A stretch of 63,815 bases of DNA, counting the filler, from Reclinomonas americana ATCC 50394 (lineage: Eukaryota): assembly GCA_048213135.1 (NCBI GenBank). It is 15 parts of 15 records of this genome, joined end to end, with 100 filler letters (N's around TTAATTAATTAA, not from the genome) between each part and the next. Parts side by side here need not be neighbours in the genome. Positions count along the whole stretch, not along the records: positions 41,180 to 52,955 come from AFZH01023525.1; positions 53,056 to 54,426 come from AFZH01023526.1; positions 54,527 to 55,842 come from AFZH01023527.1; positions 55,943 to 57,184 come from AFZH01023528.1; positions 57,285 to 58,298 come from AFZH01023529.1; positions 58,399 to 60,808 come from AFZH01023534.1; positions 60,909 to 62,687 come from AFZH01023537.1; positions 62,788 to 63,815 come from AFZH01023545.1; 7 more parts are not named here. One strand, 5' to 3'. Made by a program: the position numbers and the translations under genes. Within the stretch, counting starts at the first letter, position 1, and each line of letters opens with the position of its first letter. Under the pieces are notes generated by a model. The model was given only the letters and a program-made list of their open reading frames with translations. It was not told the DNA's origin and did not search any database. Shown here one piece after another: positions 50,437-63,533 of this stretch.

Positions 50437-52921
50437 ACCTCATGATTGTCACAGAACGCGCTCTATCTCTCTGTCTCTCTCTGTATATGTATGTATGTAT
50501 GTATGAATGTATGTAGGTGTGTGTGTGTGTGCTTTGAGACTGCGTTGATAAAAAATCCGACCTTCATGACAAACAGGACATCGATCCGTCACTATTCATA
50601 TCACACGTTCGTGAGAGAGCGCGTCACTGTCTGTGCGGCTTCCTTCCTCTCTCTATCAACAGTATGCGACATCGGAAAGCATCATGTGCTACTCTTCCGG
50701 AAGAACTAATATAATAGAGATGTGAACTGCTTGCAATTGGCTCGGGTACTGCGTCACTCTCTCATTTGCAAGCATGCACGGTGAGAGAGGGTCAGAGAGA
50801 GATTCAAGGACAACTCGCTCACTGTGCGGATCTGTCTCCCTTTCACATGATGTCGACAAGACACCACTGTCGAATTCGAAGTCAATGACCGTCGGGGACT
50901 GCCCAGTCGTCTGCATCACCTCGCGCATCTCCTGTGCGTCGGCCGATCGTGACGCAGTCTTATGCATCACATGCTGACGCTAACATGGCTTCAGCGATGC
51001 TCGGTGTCCACTCCACGCCTCCACCAATGACCACGACAGCTTGTGCGCGTGACATCGTGGTCACACATAGCACAGTGCGACGGACACACTGGAATCCGAG
51101 TGCTTCTTGATCGCATCTGCGACTCTTCGTGTTCCCACCCCGCATGGTCGAATTCAGTCAACGATTCACTGCCAAGGCCAGCCCTCATTCCGCGAAGAGA
51201 CCTCTTCACCGTCTCTCTTTCTCTCCCCGTCTCGACATCCCAAAGCCATGGAGAGTGCGCAGAGCAGACAATCACTCGACTGTCGCTGATACGAGGAGAT
51301 CCACCACACTATGTGTCGGAATCATCCCAATCGCTGCAGAGTGCCGTCGGATCGCGCCAAGAAGAACGCATGCGCCTCGTCACCATCCTGATCCCGCTTC
51401 AGCTCGTTGGTGACCCGCACGCAGTGGAAGGTGCGTTCGTCGGGATCGCTGGGGAGGGGGAGAAGAGAGGGAGAGGGTGAGACGAGAGGAGAAGGAGTGG
51501 AAGAGGCAGATCATAAACTCGCGCAGAACACTTCTTCTTTCACGGAACTCCTTGCAGGAAGGGAGGAGGATAGAGTGTTTGAGCACGACAGTGACGCTGG
51601 AAACTGAGTGAGGAGATTGCAGAAAGAACCTGAGGAATGGAGGCCCCATGGAGAGAACGAGGAGGGAGAAAGCAGCGAGCATGGAGAGAGAGGGCACTGC
51701 GAGCAGTATGGAAAGGAAAAAAGGAAGCAGAGAAAGAGAGAGAAAGTCACCTGCACTGAGAGAACTAAAAGCGGAGACAAGACTCAGAGAAACAGGCGGG
51801 CGGGAGAAAGAGTGAGACAGAAGCTGAGATGCAGAGGAGGGAGAGATAGATGCAGTCTCACTCGGAGAAAGACGCCAGAGTGAAAGAGAATGAACGAAGA
51901 AGAAGAAAAAGAAGAAGAAGAAGAAGAAGAAGAAGAAGAAAGGGAAGGAGAAGGAGGAGGATGAGAGGGAGGAGGAGAACAAGAAGTAGAAGAACAAGAA
52001 GAACAAGAACAAGAACAAGAAGAAGAGGAAGAAGAAGAAGAAGAGGAAGAAAGAACAGAGAGTCTGACGCCCACTCCATTGCATCTGCTTTCAATCTTCC
52101 CTCTCGCTCACTCAATCATTCGCTCGCGCACTTCCCCTCACCTCCTTCTCTCTCCCTCTCTCACCCTTCCCCTTCTCCCCTCTTCCCTCCCTCCACCACT
52201 CACATTGCTCGCCTCCCCTCCCTCCTTCCTCCCTCCTCTTCCCCCTCCTCCCGACTGCACAAATGCGCAAGAATCACTCGCGCCCGAGTGAACGATCGCG
52301 AAAACATCTCCCAAACAAAGCAAATGCAACAACGTCGCTCGTGTCCTGCCACGCAATCACTCCACCGCGCACAGATTATGTACTTACGTATGTGTGCTGC
52401 AGACTGGGAAAAAGCAGGTGAGAATCGGAGCACGACGTCGACTGAAAAAATCGATTCTTCCGACGTCGCGTTGCAAAAGTTGCTGTTGTGCTTGCCAAAA
52501 GTGAGCCACTGCAGAGTGCAGCTTGTGCGGTTGTAAGAGGCGAAGGTGGAGGCAAACAGTGGCGTGCAGGAAGTGAAAAAAGTCCGCTGTCCCGCGTTAT
52601 TCCGCACAACAGAACTCAACTCCGCGAAGAGAATGGGTGAGCCCCTCCCTCACTTGCTCTCTTACACACAGCATGCAATCTTCTCTCCCCCCACGCACTC
52701 TCTTGCTTTCTGTCTCTGAATTTGTGTGTCTTGTCTCTTTCATTCCAACTCCCTGACTCTCACTCACACATTCTCTCTCACTCACCCACTTCCACTCAAC
52801 CAGTCGCTTTCTGACTCATTCACTGTCTCACACTCTCTCCTTCATGATGTCATTCACTCGCAAATTCACTCATTGACAATCCCCACCACACTCGCAACAC
52901 TTTCAGCCAATGCATTCATGC

Positions 52922-52955
<34 letters not shown>

Positions 52956-53072
52956 NNNNNNNNNNNNNNNNNNNNNNNNNNNNNNNNNNNNNNNNNNNNT
53001 TAATTAATTAANNNNNNNNNNNNNNNNNNNNNNNNNNNNNNNNNNNNNNNNNNNNTCCTCCTCCTCCTCCTC

Positions 53073-53143
<71 letters not shown>

Positions 53144-53509
53144 GTCAGTCACCTCGACTTGCTCACTCTTGCTCTCTTTCTCTCTCACTCTCTCAGTCGA
53201 TCATTCCTCGCTTGCTTGCTGTGTCTTGCTTGCTCACTCTCTCTCTCTCTCTGTCAGTCACCTCGACTTGCTCACTCTTGCTCTCTTTCTCTCGCTCTCT
53301 CAGTCGATCATTCCTCGCTTGCTTGCTCTGTGTCTTGGTTGCTCTGTTTGTGTCACTCACTCTGTCTCTCTCCCTCTCTCTTTCTCTCGCTCTTCCAATC
53401 CATCATTCCTCGCTTGCTGCTCTTACAAGCAGAGACAGTTGTCTGAGTGAAACTGATGCAATCGGCGCCCTTTCATTGCCGTCTGTCTTACCTTTTCATC
53501 CCCGCACAG

Positions 53510-55016
53510 GGCCATTTTGTTCGCCTTCCACGGCATGGCCGTCAGCACCTACCACGTCGGTGGATTCATTTCGGTTTGTTTCTCGTCCCATCCCTTGCTC
53601 GTCGCTACTGTTTTTCTCACCCTCTGCGCACATCAGGCGCTGTCGCACCGCTGCAACGTCGATGTGTTTGGCATGGACCAGTACGGTAAGCCACTGCCCC
53701 CTCTCCTCACCCCCACTCCTTTCCTCATTCCACCACCCAGGCCACGGCTTGTCCGCGGGACGTCGCCTGGACGTGCCCTCGCGCGCACACCTCATCGATG
53801 CGCAGTGCTCCTTCATCCGCGCCATGCTGGCCGCCCACAACGCGGAGAAGCGCCTGCCCGTTTTTGTGTGGGGGTGCGTGACAGCTCTTACCTCATCAAT
53901 GTGTCTATTGTGCTGATCGATGTTGCACAGCGAGTCCATGGGTGGCGCCACATCCTTTTACGTGGCGCACACGCTCGGCCCGGAGGTGCTTGCGGGATGC
54001 ATGATGTGCGTCGCCATCATTCTCATCTTTCTCCTCTCCGCGTGACTCACCTGCGCCGATCGACAGGATGTGCCCGGCCCTCGAGATCCCCGACCTGCCG
54101 AACAAGTGCCAGCGTGGCATGTTGCGCAGCATGAGATACATTACTCCGACTGCCAAGGCCGCCGATCAGCGCTACGATGCGCTGACGAGAGACCCCGCGA
54201 AGTGTGCGTGCTGGAGAAGGGAAAGTCGCAACCTTGTGTAATTGCTAAATTTGCTGATGACAGTGGAGCGCCTCATGGTCGAGCCGTTCAAGCTCAATGG
54301 ACCCGTCACTCTCCGCACGGGCCTGACCTTGGTGGATGTGCGTACGTGTACAGTCGTCTCTCGCGTGCTGTCGTTGTGTCGCTCTGCTCTGCTGCGCTGT
54401 CGCTCTGCTCTGCTGCGCTGTCGCTCNNNNNNNNNNNNNNNNNNNNNNNNNNNNNNNNNNNNNNNNNNNNTTAATTAATTAANNNNNNNNNNNNNNNNNN
54501 NNNNNNNNNNNNNNNNNNNNNNNNNNGCGCTGTGCCGCTCACTCGCTGTCTCCTTTTGCCTCCGCTTTCCACCCCACCGCCCCCGCCCCCCCCCCCCCCC
54601 CTCCCCCAGATGGCCTTCGACGCCGCCAACCACTACACCACCTTCAACGTGCCATTCCTGATCTGCCACGGCTCCGCCGATCGGTACACGGATCCTGAGG
54701 GTGGCCGGTGTGTCACACCCTTCCTCCACTCCCCTTGTCCCCCCTCGCCAGCACTCACTCCCTTTCACCGCAGCAAGCTGATGGTCGCCGCCCAAGTCGA
54801 CGAGGAGAACCGCACCATGATTGAGTACGAGGGCGCCTTCCACGATTTGGTGTTTGAGCTCGACGAGACGGCCGAGGTAATTACCGCAGCAATCTATTTT
54901 GTCCTGCCGCCCTCCTCTCACCTCTCTCCCCGTTCCAGAAACACGAAAACGACGTTGTGCAATGGCTGCAGGAGAACATTGAGAGGGCAATGGCAGAGGC
55001 CAACAAGAGGGAGTGA
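53510..55016 (+). CDS. Alpha/beta hydrolase (monoacylglycerol lipase/lysophospholipase-like), spanning a contig gap
   Basis: FHGM, DQY|GHGLS and the nucleophile motif WG|ESMGG. On the next contig are PFLICHGSADRYTD and YEGAFHDL, completing the Ser-Asp-His triad. Confidence 0.88.
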
Positions 55017-55179
55017 AACTGCCCCAAATCCCCCCTCCACTACCACCACCACCACTTTGGCATCTCTCCCACACGTAAAACAAGTGAAGCGCGATGTACA
55101 TGAGGTAGCAACAATCAAGTATTTTTCCCGGGCCCGATTTCTCTCTCCACCACCACCACCACCACCACCACCACATCTC

Positions 55180-55796
55180 TCAGAACAGTGCCAATGCCTT
55201 GACAATGCTCGAGTCCTTGAAGGCGCCGGAGCGGTACTCGTCGAACGAGAGCCGATTGTCCTTGTCGAGATCCATCTCCGCAAAGATTCTGTTCACCAGC
55301 TTTTCGGGGGTGTCGCATTCCTCGCCCTGCAGCGCCGTGAGGTCGCCGAGGAGGGAGTAGAGGCTTTCCACGACCTGAGGAGGGGGGAAGGGGGTGAGAG
55401 GGGAAGGGGTGAGAGGGGAAGGGAACGGGGGACGGGGGGAAGAAAGAGAGAGAGAGAGAGAGCATTCGATTGTGAAGGAGTACTTCCTCATGTCTTAGTT
55501 CGCGTGAACGTAGACAGTAGAGACAAAGAAACAGAAGACAACGTGGCTTCGGACACCTCAAGAATTCTCTTTTAGTGTTCTGTTTTTTCCTGTCTCACTC
55601 ACTCTTCTTCTTCTTGTTTCTCTCTGCCTGTCTGCCTTTGCTGACATCGGCACGTTCAGCGTCTGCAGCAGGTGTGGCTGTCTATCTGCCCTTTCATATT
55701 CTTCTCGTCTCTGTATGTATGCTTACCTTAGACATGACCACGTATATTCAACAACTTTCTCGAAGACATTGCCGCACGAATGCGGACACTACATGT

Positions 55797-55838
<42 letters not shown>

Positions 55839-55942
55839 CGTCNNNNNNNNNNNNNNNNNNNNNNNNNNNNNNNNNNNNNNNNNNNNTTAATTAATTAANN
55901 NNNNNNNNNNNNNNNNNNNNNNNNNNNNNNNNNNNNNNNNNN

Positions 55943-55978
<36 letters not shown>

Positions 55979-56038
55979 GTACGTACGTACGTACGTACGT
56001 ACGTACGTACGACGTACGTACGTACGTACGTACTACTA

Positions 56039-56114
<76 letters not shown>

Positions 56115-56226
56115 TCACACACTGCCAAACATTCGCTCTCTTTCACGCACAAGAGAGAGAGAGGAAAGGAAGAGGGAGACAGTTGAGAACGAAAATGAAT
56201 GTCGGGTGCTTTGCTCGACAGCGATA

Positions 56227-56258
<32 letters not shown>

Positions 56259-57034
56259 GCACTTGGTGGCGCATGTGGAGCGCAGCTGTCACGAACACTT
56301 ACGATCTCTCAAACGCTTAACCACACGGGCACAGACATGCGCAATGCACACACGAAGGACTACGAAGTACTCAGGAACTATCTGTCGCACCCGTTCACAA
56401 ACACAGACATCGATGTGCAGCACCCCACACGCAGACTTACGAGTGCTCATAATAATACGGACATAGACACAAACAAGCACGCCCGCGCACTCACGAACAC
56501 TCCCACACTCAGTGTCACATGCACACAAACACCTGCGCACAAACCTTCAGCATCTCGGCCTTTGAGATGAATCCATCGCCGTCGAGATCGTACAGGCGGA
56601 ATGCAACTGCCACAATCATGCAGTCAGCATCAGGCCCTGTCAGTCCTCACCACATCGCACGCAACAGTGCAGCTTCTCCTCCGAGGAGCCGCGAGTGAGC
56701 ACGCTCATGACGGTGATGAACTCGCTGAACTCAATCGTGCCGTCCTGCTTGGTGTCAAAGGCGGAGAAGATAATGTCGGTGATGAATGTGTCGCTGATGC
56801 CAATGGTGGCGGTGAGGGCCTGTGAAGGCAGAAGGGGTTGAGAGAGGGAGAGCGGAGGAAGGAGGGAAGGAATGGTGATGGTGACGCACTCTGAAGTCCT
56901 TTCTTGACAGTTTGCCGGTGGGTGCCTCCTCCTGTGGAGAGAAGAGGTTGTGAGGGGAGGGAGGTGCGAGGGGGCAGCGGAGGTGGCGTACCTTGAATTG
57001 CTTGTACAGCAGATGGAGTTCTCGTCGTTCGTCT
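55180..57034 (-). CDS. Neuronal calcium sensor/frequenin-like EF-hand protein, spanning a contig gap, 5'-partial
   Basis: ELHLLYKQFK|EEAPTGKL, IFSAFDTKQDGTIEFSEF...TRGSSEEKL, AFRLYDLDGDGFISKAEM and IFAEMDLDKDNRLSFDEY. Confidence 0.9.
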
Positions 57035-57459
57035 GTGCAACGAGAAAGGGAAATGAGTGTGAGAGGGTGGGAGGGAAGAGAGAGAGAGGGTATGAAGACG
57101 GAGCTGTGACGCAAGAGGGCATTGGATACGGAAACCGAGCACGTACAGAGAGAGAAAACAGAAAGAGAGAGAGAGAGAGGAGGANNNNNNNNNNNNNNNN
57201 NNNNNNNNNNNNNNNNNNNNNNNNNNNNTTAATTAATTAANNNNNNNNNNNNNNNNNNNNNNNNNNNNNNNNNNNNNNNNNNNNAGCTCACAAACAAAAA
57301 CACACAGAAAACACAACGCAATGGACAAAAGACAAAAGACAATCACTGCTCGCCATCAGAAACAGAGAAAACGCAGGCAGTGAAGCTCATTGTGCAACTC
57401 GCCCGGCTTCTCCTTCCACAGCGCAGTTCATTGCGAAAATGAGCAAAGCAAACGATGAA

Positions 57460-57830
57460 GAGAAAACAGCGAGAGGCGACAATGGACAATACCGTGGACA
57501 GTCGCGCTCGCCCCCCGAAAACACTCGTGCAGACGCTGCTGCAGTGAGTTTTCTTGCGCATTTCTTCACCTTCTATCCAACGCTCTATTCGCCACACACA
57601 AAAGAACAAAAAAGCAACCACAGCAAAAACAGCTTGATGTGACAATGGACAATGGACAGTCGCGCTCGCTCTTCGAAAAACAAGCGCACAGACGCTGCTG
57701 CAGTGAGTCTGCCGGCGCAATTTCTCCTCCTTAAGCCCAACACTCTACTTGCCACACACAAACCACGAAACTCAATCACGCAGAAAACCAGCTTGATGTG
57801 ACAATGGACAATGGACAGCCAGTGCTCGCT
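57460..57830. repeat. Imperfect ~160-bp tandem repeat (just over 2 copies)
   Basis: gacaatggacaat recurs at 57478, 57641 and 57800, and gcagacgctgctgcagtgagt-like blocks recur at about 57529 and 57688. Confidence 0.75.
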
Positions 57831-58249
57831 CATCACACACACACTCATTGTTTAACAGCAACAGCATTCGCGTCTCTGTGTGTGTTGTGAATGTTTGGTT
57901 TCGTTGTGCGTAGATTGGCGCCGGCGGCGAGCGCACGGTCGTCGTCGTTTTCTGTGATGGCGGCCATGTCGCGCGCGGAGAAGGGCCTGGTTGGGATTGT
58001 GAGCGGTGTGCCGGAGCAGCAGTTGCAGCGGAAGGTGTGTGTTGTGAGAAGAGGGAGAGGGAGGCAGAGGGGAAGGGGAAGGGGGGGCGACATGGCGCGT
58101 GAGATGGCGAGTGAGTGAGAGAGTGAGTGAGTGAGTGTGAGAGAGAGAGAGAGAGAGTAGGAGGGAGAGAGTGTGTGAGAGGAGGGGAAGAGAAGCATGC
58201 ATTGCATGACAGTTATCTCTCGTCTCTCTTATCTCTGTGTGTGAGGGAG

Positions 58250-58298
<49 letters not shown>

Positions 58299-58769
58299 NN
58301 NNNNNNNNNNNNNNNNNNNNNNNNNNNNNNNNNNNNNNNNNNTTAATTAATTAANNNNNNNNNNNNNNNNNNNNNNNNNNNNNNNNNNNNNNNNNNNNGA
58401 GGGGGAAGGAGGGGGAAGAGAGGGGAAGGAGGGGGAAGAGAGGGGAATAAGAAAAAAGAGAGAAGCGACATAAAAGAACACAGGGGAAGTTGACGGGAAC
58501 TGGAGACCAGACGGAAAGCCAGACGTGCACAGCCAACTAGAAGTGTGCATTCACATCAAGGGAGAACCCCCCAACGAACCGCTGCAGCAGCCGAGCAAAC
58601 AGCAGCGAGCGTGCATCGAAAAGCCGTGAGTGTGGCCAGTCGGTCGAACAGGTGCATCAGCGGAGGCCAGCGGAGAAAGCGAGCTGCACGAGTCGTCAGT
58701 CGCTTGCCGCACACAGAAACAGTCATTCAACCCACCACCGAGCACTTGACACTCGCTGAGCGCCAGGCG

Positions 58770-60460
58770 CCACCCATCAAATAGCGTCCCGGAATCGTCG
58801 GTCCACAGTAGACGGCGAGCTGCTTGTCGCACGTCGAGCATGCAGGAGCATAGGTGTTGTGACGACGGATCGCGACTGAACACAACGCGCTTCCACGCTG
58901 CACAGCACTTTCAGCTCTCGGCAGTGCGCAAGAAACCACCACAAAAAACGCACCTGTATCACTGACTATCGCCGCCTGCCCCAAGCGCCCGCTGCCAAAG
59001 ACAGCAATGACGTGTCCGAGTTGTGACAACTCCGCAAACTGCGCGGCATAATGGGGCTCACTGCGTGTACGTTCAGTGGAAACACGACGGCGACTGAAAT
59101 CGTCTCGCGACGCAACTGGATTCGCACTTCGTCGGCAACACGAAGCGCGTGCTCGAAGAATGTCTCTGCGTGACCCGCAAGATTGCACTGCACGAAATGC
59201 GTCAGGAAAAATGTCATCATCAAGCTTCCCCAACCAAGATACCTGCAGCAGAAACAACCCTGCGTGGTACAACACCAACGGGCTGCCTTCTTCGGTCAGC
59301 TCCAGTGCCCTCTTCACAGAGTCCGCTGCTCGCACGTGACTGAGAACCATAAGCGAGGAATGAGCATCGTGTGCTGCTGTGGCAGCACGCGTCATCGCAA
59401 CTCGTGATGCGGTGCTCCGCAAAAGTGCGCAGCGCGACTCAAGTGACCGAGGTGGCAGTCGGGATACTCGGCTACATAGGCGTCGATGGTGGAGAGGGTG
59501 GCGGTGGATTCACTGGAGCCGACGGCACTGTGGGGGGAGAGGAGGGGGAGAAGGGGGAAGAGAGGAGAGAAGGGGGAAGAGCAATTGACGAGAGTCAGAA
59601 ACAGAAGACAGGAAACACCAGATTGAAACGAGTGACTGTGAGTAACAAGTTAGAAAGCGAGGGAGAGAGAGAGAGAGAGAGAAGATAGAAAATGAATGGG
59701 GAGAGGCACCAGAGATGCACGAGAAGGGAAAAACAAGAAGGCGCTCACTTACTCATCAAGCACAGCAAATGGAGCTACATGTCGTCTTTTTCGAGACGCT
59801 CGTTCGACTCTTCTTATCTCCCCTTGCTCTTTCGAAGACTGGAGACGAAGGATGACAACAGAAAAGAAAGGAGAAGGCGCAACACTCTCTCACTCCCTTC
59901 CTTCCCTCTAGCACAGCACCCACGGACTTGCATCCTGTCTTTTCTCGAGGGATCTCCAACTCTGATTCTTCTCTTTCACTCCACAGCCACTCTCCCTTGT
60001 TTCACGAAGACTGGAGACGAAAAGACACCAGAGATGCACGTGAGAAGAACAAAGACAGAAGACAAAGGAGCGAGCGGTGGAGGTGGGTGCAACACTCTCC
60101 CTCCCTCCCTGTCTCTCCTCCTCCCTCCATTCCCTCCCTCCCTTTCCCCGTCCTACGCAACTCAGCCACCGCACACAAGCGCTCCCACTGCACGCTGTGC
60201 ACCAATCCACAGAACTCAAACTCCAGCACCCACTCCGGCAGCTGCTGATCAGCACCAAACAGCGACCGCAGGTGGAGTCGGCACAATCGCTGCGTGGCCT
60301 CGAGAAGCGCAGGAGAGCGCGGGAGAGCGGCTTCCGAGGGCGACGGGGGAGGAGGAGGAGGCCTCAGCTCAATGTGGAGGCCGGAGGTGACGGGGGTGGC
60401 GGGGGTGGAGGGGGTGGTGGAGCGGGTGTGGAAGCGACGGAGAATGATGCTGGAGGAAGG
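58770..60460 (-). CDS. Hypothetical multi-exon helical (TPR-like) protein
   Basis: Exonic segments SVKRALELTEEGSPLVLYHAGLFLLQ and AGHAETFFEHALRVAD look TPR-like. The boundaries are uncertain. Confidence 0.35.
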
Positions 60461-60633
60461 GAGGGAGAAGGAGGAAGGAGGATTGAGGAGGGAGAGAAAA
60501 AGGCAAAGGAAGGAGGAGAACGAGACAGAAGAGAGCAAAGGAAGGCAAAAGAGAGGTAAGAAGGAGAGGCAGGAGGTAAGTGAGGAAGGAGGCAAGTGAG
60601 GAGTGAGAAGGGAGAGACAGAGAGCAGAGGAAG

Positions 60634-60672
<39 letters not shown>

Positions 60673-62840
60673 AGAGGAGGAGGAGGTAGAGAGAGAGGAG
60701 GAGAGAGGAGTAGTAGGAAGGAAGGGAGGAGAGTAGAGAGTAAGGAAGGAGAGAGAGAGAGAGACGAGAGGAGGGAGGAGGAGGAGGAGGAGGACGGAAG
60801 AGAGAGAGNNNNNNNNNNNNNNNNNNNNNNNNNNNNNNNNNNNNNNNNNNNNTTAATTAATTAANNNNNNNNNNNNNNNNNNNNNNNNNNNNNNNNNNNN
60901 NNNNNNNNGATCTGCTCTGTGATGTCAGTTTGTTGCTGTTGCTGTCGCTGTTGTTTTGTGTCCGCGAGTCGATGCACAGTGAGAGTGTGTGTGTGTGTGA
61001 GAGAGAGAGAGAGATTGGCTGCGCGATCTACTGTGCACCCCTGGGAGAGCGGGGGACTTTAGCAGCGCTACGAGGGCGTTAGTTGGCGCTACCACACTGT
61101 TACGACACTGCTACGAGGTGTGTTAGTTCGTTTTGGCAAGAAGCACGATCGTAGCGCTGGTTCACTGAGTCAGCACATTTTCGAGTGTTTCACGTCGTTG
61201 GTTTCACCAGCAGAGTGCACCACTCGGTAGGCCACACTTCCACGAGCAAAACAACATGCGGTGAGTGGCGAGATGATGTGTTGGTGTTGAGTTTTCCCTA
61301 TTCACCGTGTGTTGCGATGCCTTGTTTTGGTCACACCATATGTGCGAGTGGTGTTGCGTTGTGCGCAGTGCAGTGGTTGTGTGCGTTGTTGAACGCTCGT
61401 CACTATGCACCGCGCAGCGTCATGAGTGCTTGTGTGAGTGAAGAGTTGTGTCTCCGACATGGTTTCTCTCTGTCATGTTCGGTGGACTTAGTGCATTTTT
61501 CCATAAGTGTCTTGCTCATTCGTAGCGGTGTGGTAGCGGTGCTGATTTCCTTTTTCGTTTGAACTAGCAGCGGGGTAGCGCTTCGTAGTTCTTCTCCTGA
61601 ACTTAGCAGGGTCCGAAATGCATGTTGCTAGCTCGTAACACTAACTAGCAGCTGCTTCAGCATCGCTACCACCCAGCCCACCCCACCCCCCACCCCCACC
61701 CACCCTCCGCCCTCCCCTGCATACACGTACACCAAGCATCTATGTTCATTGGTCACACAAGTCTATCTACACACACAATGCCTATCGCGTCCACGCACTC
61801 TGCCGATGCCGACATGTCAGTACTTGGAAGTCAATGCACAGCGTGCAATGAGAACAAGTAAGACATGCCGACACAGCAGAGTAGCGTGAACTCGAACGCC
61901 GTCACGGGCGACCACTGCCACCAGCGACCGGCAGGTGAGTGCCACGGCCAAGGCGCGCGTCACAGGTCGGGCACAGTGGCATGCCGGATCTGCAATGTGT
62001 GAAGTCAGCAAACACGATGGAGTGACATGTCGACAAGGCGCGCGGCGGTGGGAGCAGTCGACACACAGGAAGAGAGAGAGAGAGAGGACCACAGTATCGG
62101 ACCCCACCACGAATGCCAGGAAGAGGGCGGTGAAGGAGTCGGCACGCAGTGCACCAGCGAGAGACAGAGAGAGAACGAGGTGCGTGAATGTCATGATCAG
62201 CAGTGCCCAAGAGACAGAGGGAACGTATGTCGAGTGGAAATAATAAGAGAGCACAGGGAGAGCAGCAGCATAGGGCGCACCAGTCACAGTCGTCATTGGA
62301 GACGAGTGGGTGTGGTGTGTTTGCGCAGAGTGACAGTTCGGAGAAAAAGACGAGTACAACAAAAGAGTGGACATCTGCAGTCTGTGTGCACGTACAACAC
62401 GAGGGGAATGGTGCACCAAGTGTGTGTGGGAGCGACAAAGAGAGCTGAAATAGAGTGCGTGAACCACGAAGAAAGAGAGAGAGCGACATGTCCCGATCAC
62501 GCGATCACTCACCAGTGACAGGCAGTCGCTCACTTGCACCGGCGTGTGCAGGCAATGGATGCGCGTGCACACCAGTCACTGCAAGCAAACAGTCAGCCAC
62601 AACGGAAGCAAGAGAGAGGACGCACAAGACAAGACAAGATAACACACCATGACAAGAGCGCGGGAAATCCTGCACACCGCACATTTGNNNNNNNNNNNNN
62701 NNNNNNNNNNNNNNNNNNNNNNNNNNNNNNNTTAATTAATTAANNNNNNNNNNNNNNNNNNNNNNNNNNNNNNNNNNNNNNNNNNNNAGTGGCACGGAGG
62801 TTGCTGAGGCGACGCGCGGACTGGCTGGAGCGCAGCGGGC

Positions 62841-63533
62841 ATGAACTGGCAGGCAATCGTCGATTTCGACGGGACCATCTCACGCGAGGATACGACCGAT
62901 CGCGTGCTCCAGCGTTTCGCGGAACCGGGCTGGGAAGAGATCGAGGCGGACTGGGTTGCCGGCAAGATCGGCTCGCGGGAGTGTATGCAGCGCCAGGTCG
63001 CGCTGCTGCACGCCTCACCCGACGTGTTCGACACCTTCGTCTCCTCGCTGGCGATCGACTGGGGCTTCGCCGCCTTCGTCCGGTTGTGCCAGCGCGCCGG
63101 CATTCCGGTCACCGTCGTCTCCGATGGGCTCGACCGGACCATCCATGCGCTGCTCGGCCGTGCCGGCCTCAACGGCCTCACCGTCGTCGCCAATCATATC
63201 GAGCCGCTACCCTGCGATCGCTGGCGGCTGACCTCGCCGCATGCGGACCCCTCCGGCGGCTGCGCCAGCGGTACCTGCAAGTGCCGCGTCGCCAGCAGCC
63301 TCAGCCGGCCGCTGACCCTGCTGGTGGGCGATGGCCGCTCGGATTTCTGCGTCGCCGGCCAAGCCGACCTCGTCTTCGCCAAAAAGAGCCTGATCGCCCA
63401 TTGCCGCGACAACGGCATCGGCCATCGCCCGTTCAACACCTTCTCGGAGGCTGTCGGCCTCCTCGAATCCCTGCTGTCGGAAACCACTGCGGAACCGGCA
63501 GCCCCTGCACGCAAGGACATGATCAATGGATGA
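62841..63533 (+). CDS. Bacterial MtnX-like HAD-IB family phosphatase
   Basis: Motifs VDFDGTIS (I), VVSDG (II), CK and VGDGRSDFC (IV) and VFAK. The gene is intronless with GGAG upstream. Confidence 0.9.
   Translation: MNWQAIVDFDGTISREDTTDRVLQRFAEPGWEEIEADWVAGKIGSRECMQRQVALLHASPDVFDTFVSSLAIDWGFAAFVRLCQRAGIPVTVVSDGLDRTIHALLGRAGLNGLTVVANHIEPLPCDRWRLTSPHADPSGGCASGTCKCRVASSLSRPLTLLVGDGRSDFCVAGQADLVFAKKSLIAHCRDNGIGHRPFNTFSEAVGLLESLLSETTAEPAAPARKDMING

Noticed and set aside
50689..52620. Possible minus-strand multi-exon gene upstream of the ankyrin kinase
   Set aside because: Some exon-like pieces are present, but I could not build a consistent frame or recognise a family.
61780..62687. ORFs on contig 14
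   Set aside because: Low-complexity CA/GA-rich sequence with no coherent protein signal.
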